This document shows, in pieces, positions 25,821 to 36,964 of a stretch of 64,000 nt of DNA. The notes beneath the pieces were generated by a model, which had not been told where the DNA came from, ran no database searches, and was given only the letters and a program-made list of their open reading frames with translations. The DNA is from Chloroflexota bacterium. GTDB lineage: Bacteria; Chloroflexota; Dehalococcoidia; GIF9; JBFMDU01. Each line of letters starts with the position of its first letter. Positions within the stretch are counted from its first letter, which is position 1. The DNA is taken from the NCBI GenBank assembly GCA_040753815.1, contig JBFMDU010000014.1, forward strand, positions 36,527 to 100,526, given 5' to 3'. The position numbers and the translations under genes are program-made.

Positions 25821-27542
25821 TTAAGACAACCGGAACGCCGCCAGGAACTCCTTCATCGGCCGGGTATTCAGAATGTCCTTCGCCTCGCACCAGGCGCGAC
25901 GGGCGACGCCAACCCCGAAGCGCATCAGCGGCAGATGTCCCGCCTGGTGGGCATCGGTGCTGATAACCAGCTTGACGCCCAGCTCGCGGGCGCGGTAGGC
26001 ATGAATGTCTTTGAGGTCAAGTCGCGATGGCATGGCGTTTATCTCCAGCGCCTTGCCATGCTCCAGGGCCGCCTTGAAGACCGCCTCAAGGTCAACTTCG
26101 GACGGCTCGCGCTCGCCAATGAGCCGGCAGGTCGGGTGGGCGATGATGTCAATGTGCGGGCTGGCAATCGCCCCGAGTATCCGTCGAGTCATGCGTTCTT
26201 TAGACTGGCCCATTGCCGAATGTACTGCGCCGACCACGATATCCAGCTTTGACAGCATATCCTCCGGGGCGTCAATGCTCCCGTCAGCCCGGATGTCAAT
26301 TTCAGCGCCGGCCAGCAATCGGAACCTGGTAAACCGGCGGTTCAAAGCGGCAATACCCTCAAGCTGGCGGTTGAGCCGGTCTCTGTCCAGCCCGTGCGCC
26401 ACACCTAGCCCGGCCGAGTGGTCGGTGATCAGTAGGTATTCGTAGCCCTGCTTTATGGCGGCCTCGGCCATTTCCTCAAGCGTGTTCTGCCCGTCGCTCC
26501 AGTCGGTATGGACATGGAGGTCGCCCCTGATATCAGCAAACTCGACCAGTTCCGGTATCGTACCCTGCTCCGCCCGCTCGATTTCCCCCATGGCTTCCCG
26601 GATTTCCGGCGGTATGTATTGCAGGCCAAGCCGCCGGTAAAAGGCCTCCTCGCTGGCGAACTTCTCCAATTTGTCAGTAGCCCGGTCGGTAATACCGTAC
26701 TCGCTCAGCTTGAGGCCCTGCTTGACCGCTCTCTCCCGGAGAATAATGTTGTGCTCCTTACTGCCGGTGAAGTACTGGAGAAGCGAGCCGAAAGAGTCGT
26801 GCTCGACAAACCTCAAATCGACCTGAAGACCGTTGGCCGCGATGACGCTGGCCTTGGTCGGGCCCTGCCCGAGCACCTGCCTTACCAGCGGCAGACGCAC
26901 GAACGTTTGGATAACCGCTTCCGGGTCGTCTGCTGTGCCCATAAGGTCAATATCGCCGATGGTCTCACGGAACCGCCGGACACTGCCGGCCGGCGTCAGG
27001 TTCTTAACGCCGGGGATGGCTTTCAGGGCATCAATTATTTGATCGACGACGGGCAGAGCTTCGCCGATGGGGATGCGCGTGTCTTTATGACGCACCATCT
27101 GGATTTGCCGCAGGATGTTTTCAGCAGTCTTGTCGCCCATCCGGAAAAGCCTGGCCACCCGGCCGTCCTTAATCGCCTGCTCAAGCTCGTCAACGCTCCG
27201 GACGCCAAGCTCGGTGCTGAGCTTCATGGCGGTCTTGGGGCCAATGCCCGGGATGGTAAGCAGGGTGCTGATGCCCGGGGGGAATTCGGCGCGGAGTTCA
27301 TCGTAGTACTTCAGCTTGCCGGTGGTGAGAAGCTCAGTAATCTTTTTGGCAATCGCCTCGCCGACACCCGGTATGGCTTTCAGGTCCTCACCCGCCCCGG
27401 CCATCGCCTCAATTTCTTTCGGCAGGTAGCCTATTGCCCGCGCTGCCCGCTGGTACGCCCGGATTTTGAAGACGTTCTCACCCTTAAGCTCAAGGAAATC
27501 GGCGATGTCCTCAAAGACTTTAGCGATTTCAGTGTTGTTCAT
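25821..27542 (-). CDS. polX: DNA polymerase X family protein with C-terminal PHP domain
   Basis: N-terminal HhH/Pol-beta strings (FKIRAYQRAA, IPGVGEAIAKKI, GIGPKTA, GSVRRFRETIGDIDL). The PHP domain has LHVHTDWSDG and ISTDAH. Confidence 0.9.
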   Translation of the reverse strand: MNNTEIAKVFEDIADFLELKGENVFKIRAYQRAARAIGYLPKEIEAMAGAGEDLKAIPGVGEAIAKKITELLTTGKLKYYDELRAEFPPGISTLLTIPGIGPKTAMKLSTELGVRSVDELEQAIKDGRVARLFRMGDKTAENILRQIQMVRHKDTRIPIGEALPVVDQIIDALKAIPGVKNLTPAGSVRRFRETIGDIDLMGTADDPEAVIQTFVRLPLVRQVLGQGPTKASVIAANGLQVDLRFVEHDSFGSLLQYFTGSKEHNIILRERAVKQGLKLSEYGITDRATDKLEKFASEEAFYRRLGLQYIPPEIREAMGEIERAEQGTIPELVEFADIRGDLHVHTDWSDGQNTLEEMAEAAIKQGYEYLLITDHSAGLGVAHGLDRDRLNRQLEGIAALNRRFTRFRLLAGAEIDIRADGSIDAPEDMLSKLDIVVGAVHSAMGQSKERMTRRILGAIASPHIDIIAHPTCRLIGEREPSEVDLEAVFKAALEHGKALEINAMPSRLDLKDIHAYRARELGVKLVISTDAHQAGHLPLMRFGVGVARRAWCEAKDILNTRPMKEFLAAFRLS

Positions 27543-27679
27543 ACTTGAATAATCCCCATCCCCGCCGGATTTCTCGGGACTGAACCCTCGAAATGGTTGC
27601 CGTTACCCGCAAATAACCTCGAACACTTTCGCATACACCATATCGAACGTAGTGAGATATCTGGTTGGGTGCGCCCCTG

Positions 27680-27702
27680 CCCTCTCTCTTCAAGGGAGAG
27701 GG
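27680..27702 (-). terminator. Hairpin downstream of secA (9-bp stem, 5-nt loop); no U-run on the minus strand
   Basis: CCCTCTCTC-TTCAA-GGGAGAGGG with one G-U pair, 17 nt after the secA stop. The lack of a T-tract keeps confidence in a terminator call low. Confidence 0.4.
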
Positions 27703-27718
27703 ATTTATCAATACCACA

Positions 27719-30346
27719 CTATCGGCCACAGCACTTCTTATATTTCTTACCCGACCCGCAGGGGCAAGGGTCGTTACGCCCGACCGTCTTGCTAGCCGGT
27801 ACTGCAGCCTTCGGTGGGGGCGGTTCACCTTTCTTCTCCAGTCTGACACGAAAGATCATCCGCACCACATCGTGCTGGATGCTGGCCATCATCTCGTTGA
27901 AATGCCGGAAACCTTCCCGCTGGTACACGGTCACGGGACGCTCCTGGGCGATGGCATGGAGGCCGACCTCTTGCCGCATATCCTCCATGGTATTGAGGTG
28001 TTCTTTCCAGTGCTCGTCAATCGCCCGGAGCATCACCAGACGTTCAACCACCCGCATGTTCTCGGCGCCGAACTCCCCTTCCCGCTCTTCGTAGGCACGT
28101 TTCGCCGTCTCTTTGAGCCTTCCCACCACCTCTTTTTTACCCAGATTGGTGAGGGACTCAGGCGTCATATCCGGCGCAAGCGGGAAGATGACGCTGACTT
28201 CCTGGAGCAGGCCGAGAACATCCGGGTCGAGACGGGTGCCATAATGGGCCGCCGCCAGGGCATCGATTTCGCGGTTGACAATCGCCTGGATATTGGCCTT
28301 GAGGTCGGTGCCGGAGATAGCCTTCCGGCGTTCCTCGTAAATCACCTCGCGATGCTTGTTGATAACGTCGTCATACTCAACGAGGTGCTTGCGGATATCG
28401 AAATGGTAGCCCTCGGTACGCACCTGAGCGTTCTCAATGGCCTTGCTGACCATGCCGTGCTCAATCGGGGTATTCTCATCGAACCCCGCCCACTCCATGA
28501 TTCCTTTGACCCTCTCGCCGCCGAAGCGCTTGATGACATCGTCTTCCAGCGAGATATAGAAACGGGTACTGCCCGGGTCTCCCTGACGTCCGGCGCGGCC
28601 GCGCAACTGGTTATCGATGCGGCGTGCCTCATGCCGTTCGGTGCCGACAATGTGCAGTCCGCCGAGACTGACTACCCGGTCATGTTCCGTTTGCCACTCT
28701 TTAGGGTCCTGTCCCTCTGGATTGCCGCCCAGTATGATATCCACGCCTCGTCCGGCCATGTTGGTGGCTACGGTCACAGCACCAATGCGGCCTGCCTGAG
28801 CGATAATGGCGGCTTCCTTCTCATGGTGCTTGGCATTCAACACCTGGTGGGGAATGCCTCTTTTATTGAGAAGGTCGCTCAATACCTCAGATTTCTCAAT
28901 TGAGACCGTGCCCACTAACACCGGCCGGCCTTCCTTGTAGTACTTCTCGATCTCGTTGGCCGCCGCTTTGAACTTGGCGGCTTCGTCCTTGTAAATCTGG
29001 TCAGTGTTGTCCTCACGGACCATCGGCCGGTTGGTGGGAATAACGACCACTTCCAGCTTGTAAATCTTGAAGAACTCTTCTGCCTCAGTGAGTGCCGTGC
29101 CGGTCATGCCCGCCAGCTTCTTATACATACGGAAGAAGTTCTGGAAGGTGACGGTGGCCAGTGTCTCCATCTCCCGCCTGGGGACGACGCCTTCTTTGGC
29201 CTCGAGCGCTTCGTGGAGGCCGTCCGAGTAGCGGCGGCCGAACATCTTACGGCCGGTGAACTCGTCAACGATGATGACGCCCTCCTTAGGGTCAACAACA
29301 TAGTCACGGTCTTTTTTGAATATCACCTGGGCGCGGACGGCATTGTCAATCCGGTGCACCAGCACCGCGTTCTCCGGATGGGCTTCTAACTCGTGACGGG
29401 ACTCAGCACGGAGCAGCCCTTGGGTACGGAGGAGCCGGTCAACCCTGGCGTCGCCGTCGTTGGTGAGGGTGACCGACTTACTCTTAGCGTCTATCTCGTA
29501 GTCCGAGCCTTCCCGTAGTTGCGCTGCGATACGGGCGAACGGCCGGTATTCCTCCATCTGCTTACGGCGCTTCTCGTTAGAGTCCTGCGCCGACCCGCTG
29601 ATGATGAGCGGCGTCCGCGCCTCGTCAATAAGAATATTGTCCACCTCGTCGACGATGGCATAGTTGAGCGGCCGCTGGACGCATTGGGAAGGGTCAACCA
29701 CCATGTTATCCCGGAGATAGTCAAAGCCGAACTCGTTGTTAGTCCCGTAAGTTATATCTGCCTGGTAAGCCTCCCGCCGACTGACTGGACGCAAGTGGGG
29801 CATGGACGGGTGGTTGGAATCGACATGCGCCGGGTCATACAAATATGACGGCTGGTACAGTCCGGCCGTTTCCTGGCCGTGAATCGCGGCGACGCTGACG
29901 CCGAGGGCATGATAGATAGCCCCCATCCAGTGGGCGTCGCGCCGGGCCAGGTAATCGTTGACCGTGACCAGGTGACAGCCTTCACCGGCCAGCGAGTTGA
30001 GGTACAGGGGAAGGGTCGCCACCAGGGTCTTGCCTTCGCCGGTCTTCATCTCGGCAATCTTGCCATGGTGGAGGACCATGCCACCCAGCAACTGCACGTC
30101 ATAATGACGCTGGCCGATAGTGCGCCTGGCGGCTTCTCTGACCGCAGCAAAGGCTTCGGGCAGAAGCTGGTCCAGGGTCTCGCCGTTTTTGAAGCGGGAC
30201 CTGAACTGGTCGGTCCTGGCCCTGAGTTCGGCGTCGGTAAGTTTCTGGAACTCGGGTTCGAGAGAGTTGATCCGGGCGACGATGGGCTGGAGCCGCTTCA
30301 ACTCCTTTTCATTGGAGTCGAGCAGGCCGTTAAACCACTTGAACAC
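27719..30346 (-). CDS. secA: Preprotein translocase ATPase SecA
   Basis: Full-length SecA pattern ([42 protein letters not shown]) and a C-terminal zinc motif [15 protein letters not shown] place the start at GTG 30346 ([19 protein letters not shown]), 5 nt after the prs stop. The track start (30415) would overlap prs. Confidence 0.95.
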   Translation of the reverse strand: MFKWFNGLLDSNEKELKRLQPIVARINSLEPEFQKLTDAELRARTDQFRSRFKNGETLDQLLPEAFAAVREAARRTIGQRHYDVQLLGGMVLHHGKIAEMKTGEGKTLVATLPLYLNSLAGEGCHLVTVNDYLARRDAHWMGAIYHALGVSVAAIHGQETAGLYQPSYLYDPAHVDSNHPSMPHLRPVSRREAYQADITYGTNNEFGFDYLRDNMVVDPSQCVQRPLNYAIVDEVDNILIDEARTPLIISGSAQDSNEKRRKQMEEYRPFARIAAQLREGSDYEIDAKSKSVTLTNDGDARVDRLLRTQGLLRAESRHELEAHPENAVLVHRIDNAVRAQVIFKKDRDYVVDPKEGVIIVDEFTGRKMFGRRYSDGLHEALEAKEGVVPRREMETLATVTFQNFFRMYKKLAGMTGTALTEAEEFFKIYKLEVVVIPTNRPMVREDNTDQIYKDEAAKFKAAANEIEKYYKEGRPVLVGTVSIEKSEVLSDLLNKRGIPHQVLNAKHHEKEAAIIAQAGRIGAVTVATNMAGRGVDIILGGNPEGQDPKEWQTEHDRVVSLGGLHIVGTERHEARRIDNQLRGRAGRQGDPGSTRFYISLEDDVIKRFGGERVKGIMEWAGFDENTPIEHGMVSKAIENAQVRTEGYHFDIRKHLVEYDDVINKHREVIYEERRKAISGTDLKANIQAIVNREIDALAAAHYGTRLDPDVLGLLQEVSVIFPLAPDMTPESLTNLGKKEVVGRLKETAKRAYEEREGEFGAENMRVVERLVMLRAIDEHWKEHLNTMEDMRQEVGLHAIAQERPVTVYQREGFRHFNEMMASIQHDVVRMIFRVRLEKKGEPPPPKAAVPASKTVGRNDPCPCGSGKKYKKCCGR

Positions 30347-30350
30347 GGTC

Positions 30351-31295
30351 TCAACCGCTTTCGAACATAGCGCCGATGGACAGGCCGGTATGGATACGGT
30401 GGATAGCCTCTCCAAGTAGGGAAGCCACAGAGAGGACGGTAATCTTGTCCAGCTTTTTCTCGCCGTTCAACGGTATGGTATCGGTGACAATAACTTCTTT
30501 GATGGGTGAAGCCGCAATACGCTTCAGGGCCGGCCCGGAAAAGACCGGGTGAGTGCAGGCCGCATAGACCTCGGTAGCGCCGGCTTTCAGGAGGACATCG
30601 GCGGCGTTGACCAGCGAACCGGCAGTGTCTATCTCATCGTCAAAGGTCAGGGCGCGTAAACCATGTACATCGCCGATGATATTCAGAGTCTCGGTAGCAT
30701 CATTGTTGCCGAGACGCCGCTTCTCGATGATGGCCAGCGGAGCGCCAAGTCTGGCCGCAAGGTCCCGGGACTTCTTGGAGATACCGATATCAGTGGCTAC
30801 TACGACGATGTCCTTAAACCCTTTCTTCTGAACGTAAGTGCTCAAAAGATACATCGCGGTAAGCTCGTCCACCGGTATGCTGAAGAAGCCCTGTATCTGC
30901 GGGGCGTGCAGGTCAACGGTGAGGAGACGGTTGGCCCCGGCCACCGTCAGAAGGTCGGCGATAAGGCGGGCGGTAATGGGTACCCGCGGCTGGTCCTTCT
31001 TATCGGTACGCCCGTAGCCGTAGTACGGCACCACCGCAGTAATACGCTTGGCGGAAGCCCGCTTCAGAGCGTCCAGCATAATCAACAGTTCCACGATATT
31101 CTTGCTCACCGGCGACGACAGCGGCTGGACGACGAAAACATCCCGTTCGCGGACATTCTCCATAACGCGTACGAAGATATTCTCGTTGCTGAACTCGAAG
31201 ACCTCGACCTTGCCTAAAGGCATGCCTAAATAGTCGCAGATTGCCCTGGCCAGAGCGGGATGGCCGTTGCCGCTGAATACCTTGAGATCATCCAT
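30351..31295 (-). CDS. prs: Ribose-phosphate pyrophosphokinase
   Basis: [13 protein letters not shown]..., [34 protein letters not shown] 31295 has a GAGG RBS 6 nt upstream. The track start is GTG 31307. Confidence 0.9.
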   Translation of the reverse strand: MDDLKVFSGNGHPALARAICDYLGMPLGKVEVFEFSNENIFVRVMENVRERDVFVVQPLSSPVSKNIVELLIMLDALKRASAKRITAVVPYYGYGRTDKKDQPRVPITARLIADLLTVAGANRLLTVDLHAPQIQGFFSIPVDELTAMYLLSTYVQKKGFKDIVVVATDIGISKKSRDLAARLGAPLAIIEKRRLGNNDATETLNIIGDVHGLRALTFDDEIDTAGSLVNAADVLLKAGATEVYAACTHPVFSGPALKRIAASPIKEVIVTDTIPLNGEKKLDKITVLSVASLLGEAIHRIHTGLSIGAMFESG

Positions 31296-31336
31296 TCCTG
31301 ACCTCACATGGTAATAACGCTGGAAAGCCGGAGGTG

Positions 31337-31365
31337 ATTATAGCACGAAATGTACATCCGCTGAC
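31337..31365 (-). promoter_or_regulatory. Candidate promoter GTCAGC-N17-TATAAT (with a TGC extension immediately 5' of the -10) for prs-secA
   Basis: The reverse complement of 31337-31345 is TGCTATAAT. A -35-like GTCAGC lies at 31360-31365. Confidence 0.45.
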
Positions 31366-31402
31366 ACGTGTGAACGAGCAAGGATGCCGGGTAGGGCCAG
31401 AA

Positions 31403-32707
31403 CTAGGCAATATCAGGAATTGGGAAACGTTTGCATAGGTCGGCTACCTCGGCGCTGACCTGCTTCCGGACGCGGGCATCGTCCGGCGAGGACAGCACCT
31501 TAACCATTAACTGAGCCACACGTTTGAACTCACCTGTCCCAAAGCTACGTGTGGTCATCGCCGGTGTTCCGAGGCGGATGCCGCTGGCTATCCGCGGCGG
31601 CTTTGGGTCGTAGGGAATCGCATTGCGGTTCACCTGGATGTTCACGCTCTCCAGTGCCTGCTCCAGCATCCGACCGGTCAAACCAGTTGAATTCAAATCA
31701 ACCAGGACCAGATGATTATCAGTGCCCCCCGATACCAGACGCAGTCCGGCCTGCTTCAACTCATCCGCCAGGGCGGCGGCGTTGCGCACCACCGAATGCT
31801 GATATTCGACAAACTCCGGCTGCATTGCCTCGTAGAACCCGACCGCCTTGGCCGCTATGGCATGCATCAGCGGCCCGCCTTGGATACCAGGGAAGACGCC
31901 GGAGTCAATCTTGGAAGCATACTGCTGGCGGCAGAGGATAAAGCCGGAGCGCGGCCCGCGCAGTGTCTTATGGGTAGATGAGGTGACAACATCAGCATAA
32001 GATACCGGCGACGGATGTATCCCGGCGGCGATAAGTCCGGCGATGTGCGCCATATCAACCAGAAGCAAGGCTCCTACTTTATCGGCGATAGCGCGGAACC
32101 TGGCAAAGTCAATTAACCGGGGATAAGCACTCGCCCCGGCAATAATCATTCTGGGGCGGCACTCAAGGGCTTGCTTCTCAATCTGGTCATAGTCGAGCAG
32201 CTCGCTCCCCTGGCTTACCCCATAGTGCACGAACTTGTAGTAGCGTCCGGAGAAGGAGATATGGTCGCCGTGACTCAGGTGCCCACCATGGCTCAGGCTC
32301 ATCGCCAAAACGGTATCGCCGACCTCCAGTAAGGCATGGTAGACACCCATGTTGGCCTGGGTGCCGCTGTGCGGCTGGACGTTAGCATGCTCCGCCCCGA
32401 ACAGCTTCCTGGCCCGTTCAATGGCCAGGTTCTCTACCGCGTCCATATTGGAACAGCCGCCGTAGTAGCGCCCCCCCGGGTAGCCTTCAGCATACTTGTT
32501 GGTAAAAAGCGAGCCCTGCGCCTCCAGCACAGCGCGGCTGGCGTAGTTCTCCGAGGCAATCAGGTTGATGGTATGCTTCTGGCGCTCGGTCTCATTTTTG
32601 AGTATGCTGGAAAATTCAGGGTCACGTTGGGTACTGATGGTTTTCTCTCCTGACTGTTGGGAATTAGCGGAATAAAATCTTGAAAATCTTAACATCGCCT
32701 CAGCCAT
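31403..32707 (-). CDS. glyA: Serine hydroxymethyltransferase
   Basis: [23 protein letters not shown]-lysine region [13 protein letters not shown]. The start is uncertain because M1 gives a 15-20 aa N-terminal extension relative to typical SHMTs and has no clear RBS. Confidence 0.9.
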   Translation of the reverse strand: MAEAMLRFSRFYSANSQQSGEKTISTQRDPEFSSILKNETERQKHTINLIASENYASRAVLEAQGSLFTNKYAEGYPGGRYYGGCSNMDAVENLAIERARKLFGAEHANVQPHSGTQANMGVYHALLEVGDTVLAMSLSHGGHLSHGDHISFSGRYYKFVHYGVSQGSELLDYDQIEKQALECRPRMIIAGASAYPRLIDFARFRAIADKVGALLLVDMAHIAGLIAAGIHPSPVSYADVVTSSTHKTLRGPRSGFILCRQQYASKIDSGVFPGIQGGPLMHAIAAKAVGFYEAMQPEFVEYQHSVVRNAAALADELKQAGLRLVSGGTDNHLVLVDLNSTGLTGRMLEQALESVNIQVNRNAIPYDPKPPRIASGIRLGTPAMTTRSFGTGEFKRVAQLMVKVLSSPDDARVRKQVSAEVADLCKRFPIPDIA

Positions 32708-32795
32708 TCGGTCAACACGTGATTTACTTAATTCGGTCGTACTACGCCGCTGATTTCCCGCACCGCGCCAACCTGATTTCCCATGGTTTGACCCC

Positions 32796-32824
32796 TTGAA
32801 AAACCCTCTTTAAAGTGGTAGAGT
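32796..32824 (+). promoter_or_regulatory. Candidate hrcA operon promoter TTGAAA-N17-TAGAGT
   Basis: TTGAAA at 32796-32801 and TAGAGT at 32819-32824. The CIRCE-like element begins about 9 nt downstream. Confidence 0.5.
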
Positions 32825-32832
32825 GTGCAAAA

Positions 32833-32859
32833 TTAGCAGATAGGTGAGGAGAGTGCTAA
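32833..32859 (+). promoter_or_regulatory. CIRCE-like HrcA operator (degenerate left arm)
   Basis: TTAGCAGAT-N9-GAGTGCTAA compared with the consensus TTAGCACTC-N9-GAGTGCTAA. The right arm is perfect, and the left arm matches 6 of 9 positions. It lies between the promoter and the hrcA ATG. Confidence 0.55.
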
Positions 32860-32863
32860 AAAA

Positions 32864-33898
32864 ATGAGCCGGGCTCTCGCGGCAAGACAGGAGCTTGTAC
32901 TCAGGATCATAGTGCAGGAGTACATCGCCAAGGCAGCGCCTGTGGCGTCGGAAATGCTTGTCCGCAATTATCAGTTGGGGGTAAGCCCGGCTACGGTGCG
33001 GAATTATATGGCACGGCTCGAGGAGCAGGGCTACCTCTCCCGCCCGCATGCATCTGCGGGCATTGTGCCTATGGCCAAAGCTTACCGCCATTATGTTCAG
33101 TCTCTGGCCCAGGACCTCGAACTTTCGTCTGCCGAACAACGCTTGATTAACAAGCTCTTTGAAGAGAGCGAGGGGGATGCGGAGGAGTGGGTCAAGCTGG
33201 CGGCATCGCTCTTGGCCAGGCTTGCCCATAACACGGCTCTTGTCACTATGCCTAAAGCTCCGACCGCCAGGCTCAAGCATGTGGAACTCGTCAGTCTTGC
33301 TGACCGGCTTGCTTTGCTAATAGTAGTGCTACACGAAATCCGAATCAAACAGCAGTTGCTCAGCTTTGCTGAGCCGATTAGCCAGGACGAGCTGGTCAGA
33401 GTTGCCAATAAGCTCAACACTGTCTTCAGTGCTATGACCAGCAGCGAGATACGCCGCAAGAAGGTAGAACTGCTTGCGCTCGAGCGCCATATTCTTAATG
33501 CCGTGCTTGACGTTATCGAAGAACAGGACCGGACTGGCCCGGAACGGCCTTACCTCGAAGGATTGCGTCTCATGCTGAACCAGCCGGAGTTTCTGCCAAG
33601 CGGCCGCATGCTCAATATCATGGAACTCATGGAGAACGTCGAGTGGTTGAGTTCGATACTATCGCGCCAGACCAAAGAGAGTGACGTCAACGTACTTATC
33701 GGCGAGGAAAGCCAGCAGGACGCCCTCCGTGACCTGAGCGTTGTTTTTGGCCGCTACGGAATACCCGATGATATCGGCGGCACTATCGGCGTGCTCGGCC
33801 CTACCCGGATGGACTACGGGCATTCCATCGCTGCTGTCCGGTACTTCTGCCACGTCCTTAGCAACCTGCTTATTGACCTTTACCAGCGCAAACGATAA
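32864..33898 (+). CDS. hrcA: Heat-inducible transcription repressor HrcA
   Basis: N-terminal wHTH (RQELVLRIIVQEYIAKAAPVASEML...GVSPATVRNYMARLEEQGYL), about 340 aa, upstream of grpE-dnaK. Confidence 0.85.
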   Translation: MSRALAARQELVLRIIVQEYIAKAAPVASEMLVRNYQLGVSPATVRNYMARLEEQGYLSRPHASAGIVPMAKAYRHYVQSLAQDLELSSAEQRLINKLFEESEGDAEEWVKLAASLLARLAHNTALVTMPKAPTARLKHVELVSLADRLALLIVVLHEIRIKQQLLSFAEPISQDELVRVANKLNTVFSAMTSSEIRRKKVELLALERHILNAVLDVIEEQDRTGPERPYLEGLRLMLNQPEFLPSGRMLNIMELMENVEWLSSILSRQTKESDVNVLIGEESQQDALRDLSVVFGRYGIPDDIGGTIGVLGPTRMDYGHSIAAVRYFCHVLSNLLIDLYQRKR

Positions 33899-33921
33899 AC
33901 ACCTGACGAAGGACGAAACAA

Positions 33922-34539
33922 GTGGTCGAAGAGAACTTGAACACTTCAAACACGGAAACTACAGCACAGGATGTATCATCTGCCATCGAAGCGCTCGAGA
34001 AAAGAGTTGCTGATGAGCAATCCAAAGCAGAGCGCTTCCTGGTTAACTGGCAGAGGGCCCAGGCTGATTTCCAGAATTACCAGAAGCGTGCTGAGCGGGA
34101 AAGAGTTGAGATGGCTGATTCGGTGAGAAACGCGGTATTGCTGGCCCTGCTACCGGTAGTGGATGAATTCGAACTGGCCGTAAGGTCAATGCCGGTAGAG
34201 TCCTCAACTGCCGAGTGGGTGAATGGCCTCCACATGATTGAGCGCAAGCTGAAAGGCTTCCTCGATAGCTACGGCATCACTGTCATTGAGGCATTAGGGA
34301 TGCCGTTCGATCCCAAGTACCACGAGGCGGTCATGAGAACTGAAGGTGAAGAGGGCGTGATTATTCAGGAACTGCGGAAAGGCTATTTGATAAGGGACGC
34401 CGTACTCCGGCCAAGCCTGGTTGTAGTCGGCAACGGACAGAAGCCGGAAACATCCACAAAGGACAAGCGTAAACTGGAAAAGGGGACCAGCAGAGAGAAG
34501 AATCCGGATGCCACGAAGAAGGAGGAAGACAATGGCTAA
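33922..34539 (+). CDS. grpE: Nucleotide exchange factor GrpE
   Basis: [16 protein letters not shown] coiled-coil signature and a C-terminal beta domain (FDPKYHEAV...[16 protein letters not shown]). GTG start. Confidence 0.85.
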   Translation: MVEENLNTSNTETTAQDVSSAIEALEKRVADEQSKAERFLVNWQRAQADFQNYQKRAERERVEMADSVRNAVLLALLPVVDEFELAVRSMPVESSTAEWVNGLHMIERKLKGFLDSYGITVIEALGMPFDPKYHEAVMRTEGEEGVIIQELRKGYLIRDAVLRPSLVVVGNGQKPETSTKDKRKLEKGTSREKNPDATKKEEDNG

Positions 34540-36454
34540 AGCAATAGGAATCGACGTTGCCACTACATTCTGCAAGATGGCCGTCATGGAGGGCAGCGAG
34601 GTCAAGATGATACCCAACGCGGAGGGGGAAATCCTGACCCCTTCGGTTGTCGCTATCACCAAGGCTGGTGAAAGAGCTGTAGGCCTCCTGGCGAAGCGCC
34701 AGGCAATCATCAACCCCGAGAACACTGTTTACAGCATCAAGCGCCTGATGGGGCGCAAGTTCACTGACACTACCGTTCAGGATGACATGAAGCGCTTGCC
34801 TTACAAAATAGTCCCGGCATCCAACGGCGACGCTCACATCATCATGGGCGGGAAGGAATACAGCCCGCCGGAAATCACCGCCATGATCTTGCAGAAACTT
34901 AAGGCTGACGCCGAGGCTTATCTGGGTGAGAAAATCACCGATGCGGTGCTGACGGTACCGGCCTACTTCAATGACAGCCAGCGCCAGGCGACCAAAGACG
35001 CCGGGACCATCGCCGGTTTCAACGTTCTGCGCATCATTAACGAGCCGACCGCGGCCTCGCTGGCTTACGGTCTAGACAAGAAGAAGGACGAGATTATCGC
35101 CGTCTACGACTTTGGCGGCGGCACTTTTGATATATCCATCCTTGAAATCGGCGAAGGCACTTTCCAGGTGAAGGCGACCAATGGCGATACTCACCTCGGC
35201 GGTGATGACCTTGACCAGAGAATCATGGACTGGCTTGTCGCTGAGTTCAAGAAGGAAACTGGGATCGACCTGAAGCAAGACCGGATGGCCCTCCAGCGCC
35301 TTAAGGACGCGGCGGAGAAGGCTAAGCGCGAGCTGACCGGCGTTGCCCAGACTGACATCAGCCTGCCCTTTATCAGTGCTGACGCCAGCGGGCCGAAGCA
35401 CCTGAACATGACGCTCAGCCGCGCCAAGTTTGAACAACTTACGATGGATCTGCTGGAAAGGAGCATTGGGCCTTGCCGACAGGCGCTTGCCGATGCCAAT
35501 CTGACCGCTGGACAGGTCAATGAGATAGTCCTGGTTGGCGGCCAGACCCGCATGCTTAAGATGCAGGATATCGTCAAGCAGTTCTTTGGTAAGGAGCCAA
35601 ACAAAGGCGTCAATCCTGACGAGGCGGTCGCCCGCGGTGCCGCCATCCAGGCCGCCGTCCTTAAGGGCGAGGTCAAGGACGTCCTTTTACTCGATGTCAC
35701 GCCGCTTACTCTGGGTATCGAAACACTTGGCGGGGTAATGACGCCTCTAATACCCCGCAATACCACCATACCTACTTCTAAAAGCCAGGTTTTTAGTACA
35801 GCCGCCGATAACCAGCCGAGCGTTGAAATCCACGTGCTCCAGGGCGAGCGACCGATGGCCGCCGACAACCGTACGCTGGGCCGCTTCATGCTTGACGGCA
35901 TCATCCCGGCGCCGCGCGGTCTGCCGCAAATCGAAGTGACTTTTGATATCGATGCCAACGGCATCCTCAGCGTCCATGCCCGCGATAAGGGGACTGGCCG
36001 TGAGCAGAAGATTACCATCACCGCTTCCAGTGGACTCAGCAAGCAGGACATCGAAAAGATGCGCCGGGAAGCAGAGTCTCACGCCGCGGATGATACCAAG
36101 CGGAAGGAAGAGGTTGAGACTAAGAATGCCGCCGACAGCATGATCTACACCACCGAGCGTACCTTACGTGAGCTTGGGGATAAGGTCCCCGCCGATTTGA
36201 GACAACAAATCGAGGGAAAGATTGCTGCACTGCGCACCGCTATCCAGGGTCAGGATATTGCTTATATACGCCGCACCATGGAGGAGTTGTCACAAGCTCT
36301 CCAGCAAGTCGGCGCCAAGGTCTACGGCCAGGCCGGCAGTCCTCCACCAGGCGGTGCACCACCGGGTGGTGGCCCACCCCCCGACGGACAAAGCCCTAAG
36401 GGTGGTAAGGGTGGAGACGAGGGGACTGTCGAAGGTGAGTTCCGCGAGGTATAG
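34532..36454 (+). CDS. dnaK: Molecular chaperone DnaK (Hsp70) with divergent phosphate-1 motif
   Basis: Full-length Hsp70 pattern ([46 protein letters not shown]). GGAGG RBS before ATG 34532, with an 8-nt overlap with grpE. The N-terminus reads [14 protein letters not shown] instead of the usual IGIDLGTTNSCVAV. Confidence 0.9.
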   Translation: MAKAIGIDVATTFCKMAVMEGSEVKMIPNAEGEILTPSVVAITKAGERAVGLLAKRQAIINPENTVYSIKRLMGRKFTDTTVQDDMKRLPYKIVPASNGDAHIIMGGKEYSPPEITAMILQKLKADAEAYLGEKITDAVLTVPAYFNDSQRQATKDAGTIAGFNVLRIINEPTAASLAYGLDKKKDEIIAVYDFGGGTFDISILEIGEGTFQVKATNGDTHLGGDDLDQRIMDWLVAEFKKETGIDLKQDRMALQRLKDAAEKAKRELTGVAQTDISLPFISADASGPKHLNMTLSRAKFEQLTMDLLERSIGPCRQALADANLTAGQVNEIVLVGGQTRMLKMQDIVKQFFGKEPNKGVNPDEAVARGAAIQAAVLKGEVKDVLLLDVTPLTLGIETLGGVMTPLIPRNTTIPTSKSQVFSTAADNQPSVEIHVLQGERPMAADNRTLGRFMLDGIIPAPRGLPQIEVTFDIDANGILSVHARDKGTGREQKITITASSGLSKQDIEKMRREAESHAADDTKRKEEVETKNAADSMIYTTERTLRELGDKVPADLRQQIEGKIAALRTAIQGQDIAYIRRTMEELSQALQQVGAKVYGQAGSPPPGGAPPGGGPPPDGQSPKGGKGGDEGTVEGEFREV

Positions 36455-36500
36455 CCTGGTATTTAATATAGAAGAAGTATAGTAACGCAAGGAGGCGCCG

Positions 36501-36860
36501 GTGAGAGGATGGGTTCCAGCCAGACGGTTTCTCGTCCGGCGGACAATCGTCCTTGCTGTTACCCTGATGGTCTTTATTCAGGCTTTCTACCACTTTGCTA
36601 CCGGTGGCTTGCCCTCGTTCATCACTGAGGCCGCGACCGGCGCTGTTCTGGGTCTGTGCCTCTGGCTATCAAACGGAAATGCAACCGGACGCCAGACATG
36701 GCGGTTAATCATGGAGCGTTGTCTCTTAATTACTATTGCTGTGGTACTCCTGGTCGCTGGCATCTATCACTTCACTCATGAGGGTTACTATTCAGGTGTT
36801 CTCCAACCGCTGGCGGCGGCACTTCTCGGTTTTACCGTGTACCTTTCCTTCGCCACATAA
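36501..36860 (+). CDS. Small integral membrane protein (about 4 TM), hypothetical
   Basis: AGGAGG RBS before GTG 36501 and four hydrophobic stretches. Confidence 0.55.
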   Translation: MRGWVPARRFLVRRTIVLAVTLMVFIQAFYHFATGGLPSFITEAATGAVLGLCLWLSNGNATGRQTWRLIMERCLLITIAVVLLVAGIYHFTHEGYYSGVLQPLAAALLGFTVYLSFAT

Positions 36861-36964
36861 AGCTGCTAAGTGCCTCGCCGCCTGACAATCACCATAGCCT
36901 GCAAGAAACCGTCGGTGGCTTTGGATAGACAGGCCGTTAGTATCGGCTCTAAAATAGCCATAAG

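Noticed and set aside
26508-27548. 346-aa plus-strand ORF
   Set aside because: It is fully antisense to polX, which has unmistakable Pol-beta and PHP motifs. The translation is Arg/Leu/Pro-rich with no motif, so it is a typical shadow ORF of a GC-rich gene.
27665-28903. 412-aa plus-strand ORF
   Set aside because: It is antisense to secA and has no recognisable motif. SecA on the opposite strand explains the region completely.
30347-30415. N-terminal extension of secA overlapping prs by 65 nt
   Set aside because: SecA homology ([17 protein letters not shown]) begins at GTG 30346, just after the prs stop. The upstream residues ([23 protein letters not shown]) look like out-of-frame prs sequence.
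35191-36051. 286-aa minus-strand ORF
   Set aside because: It is antisense to dnaK. The Ser/Arg/Pro-rich translation is typical of the reverse frame.
36455-36964. Expected dnaJ downstream of dnaK
   Set aside because: Only a 119-aa membrane protein gene and coaE follow. There is no J-domain (HPD) ORF in any frame, so dnaJ must lie elsewhere.
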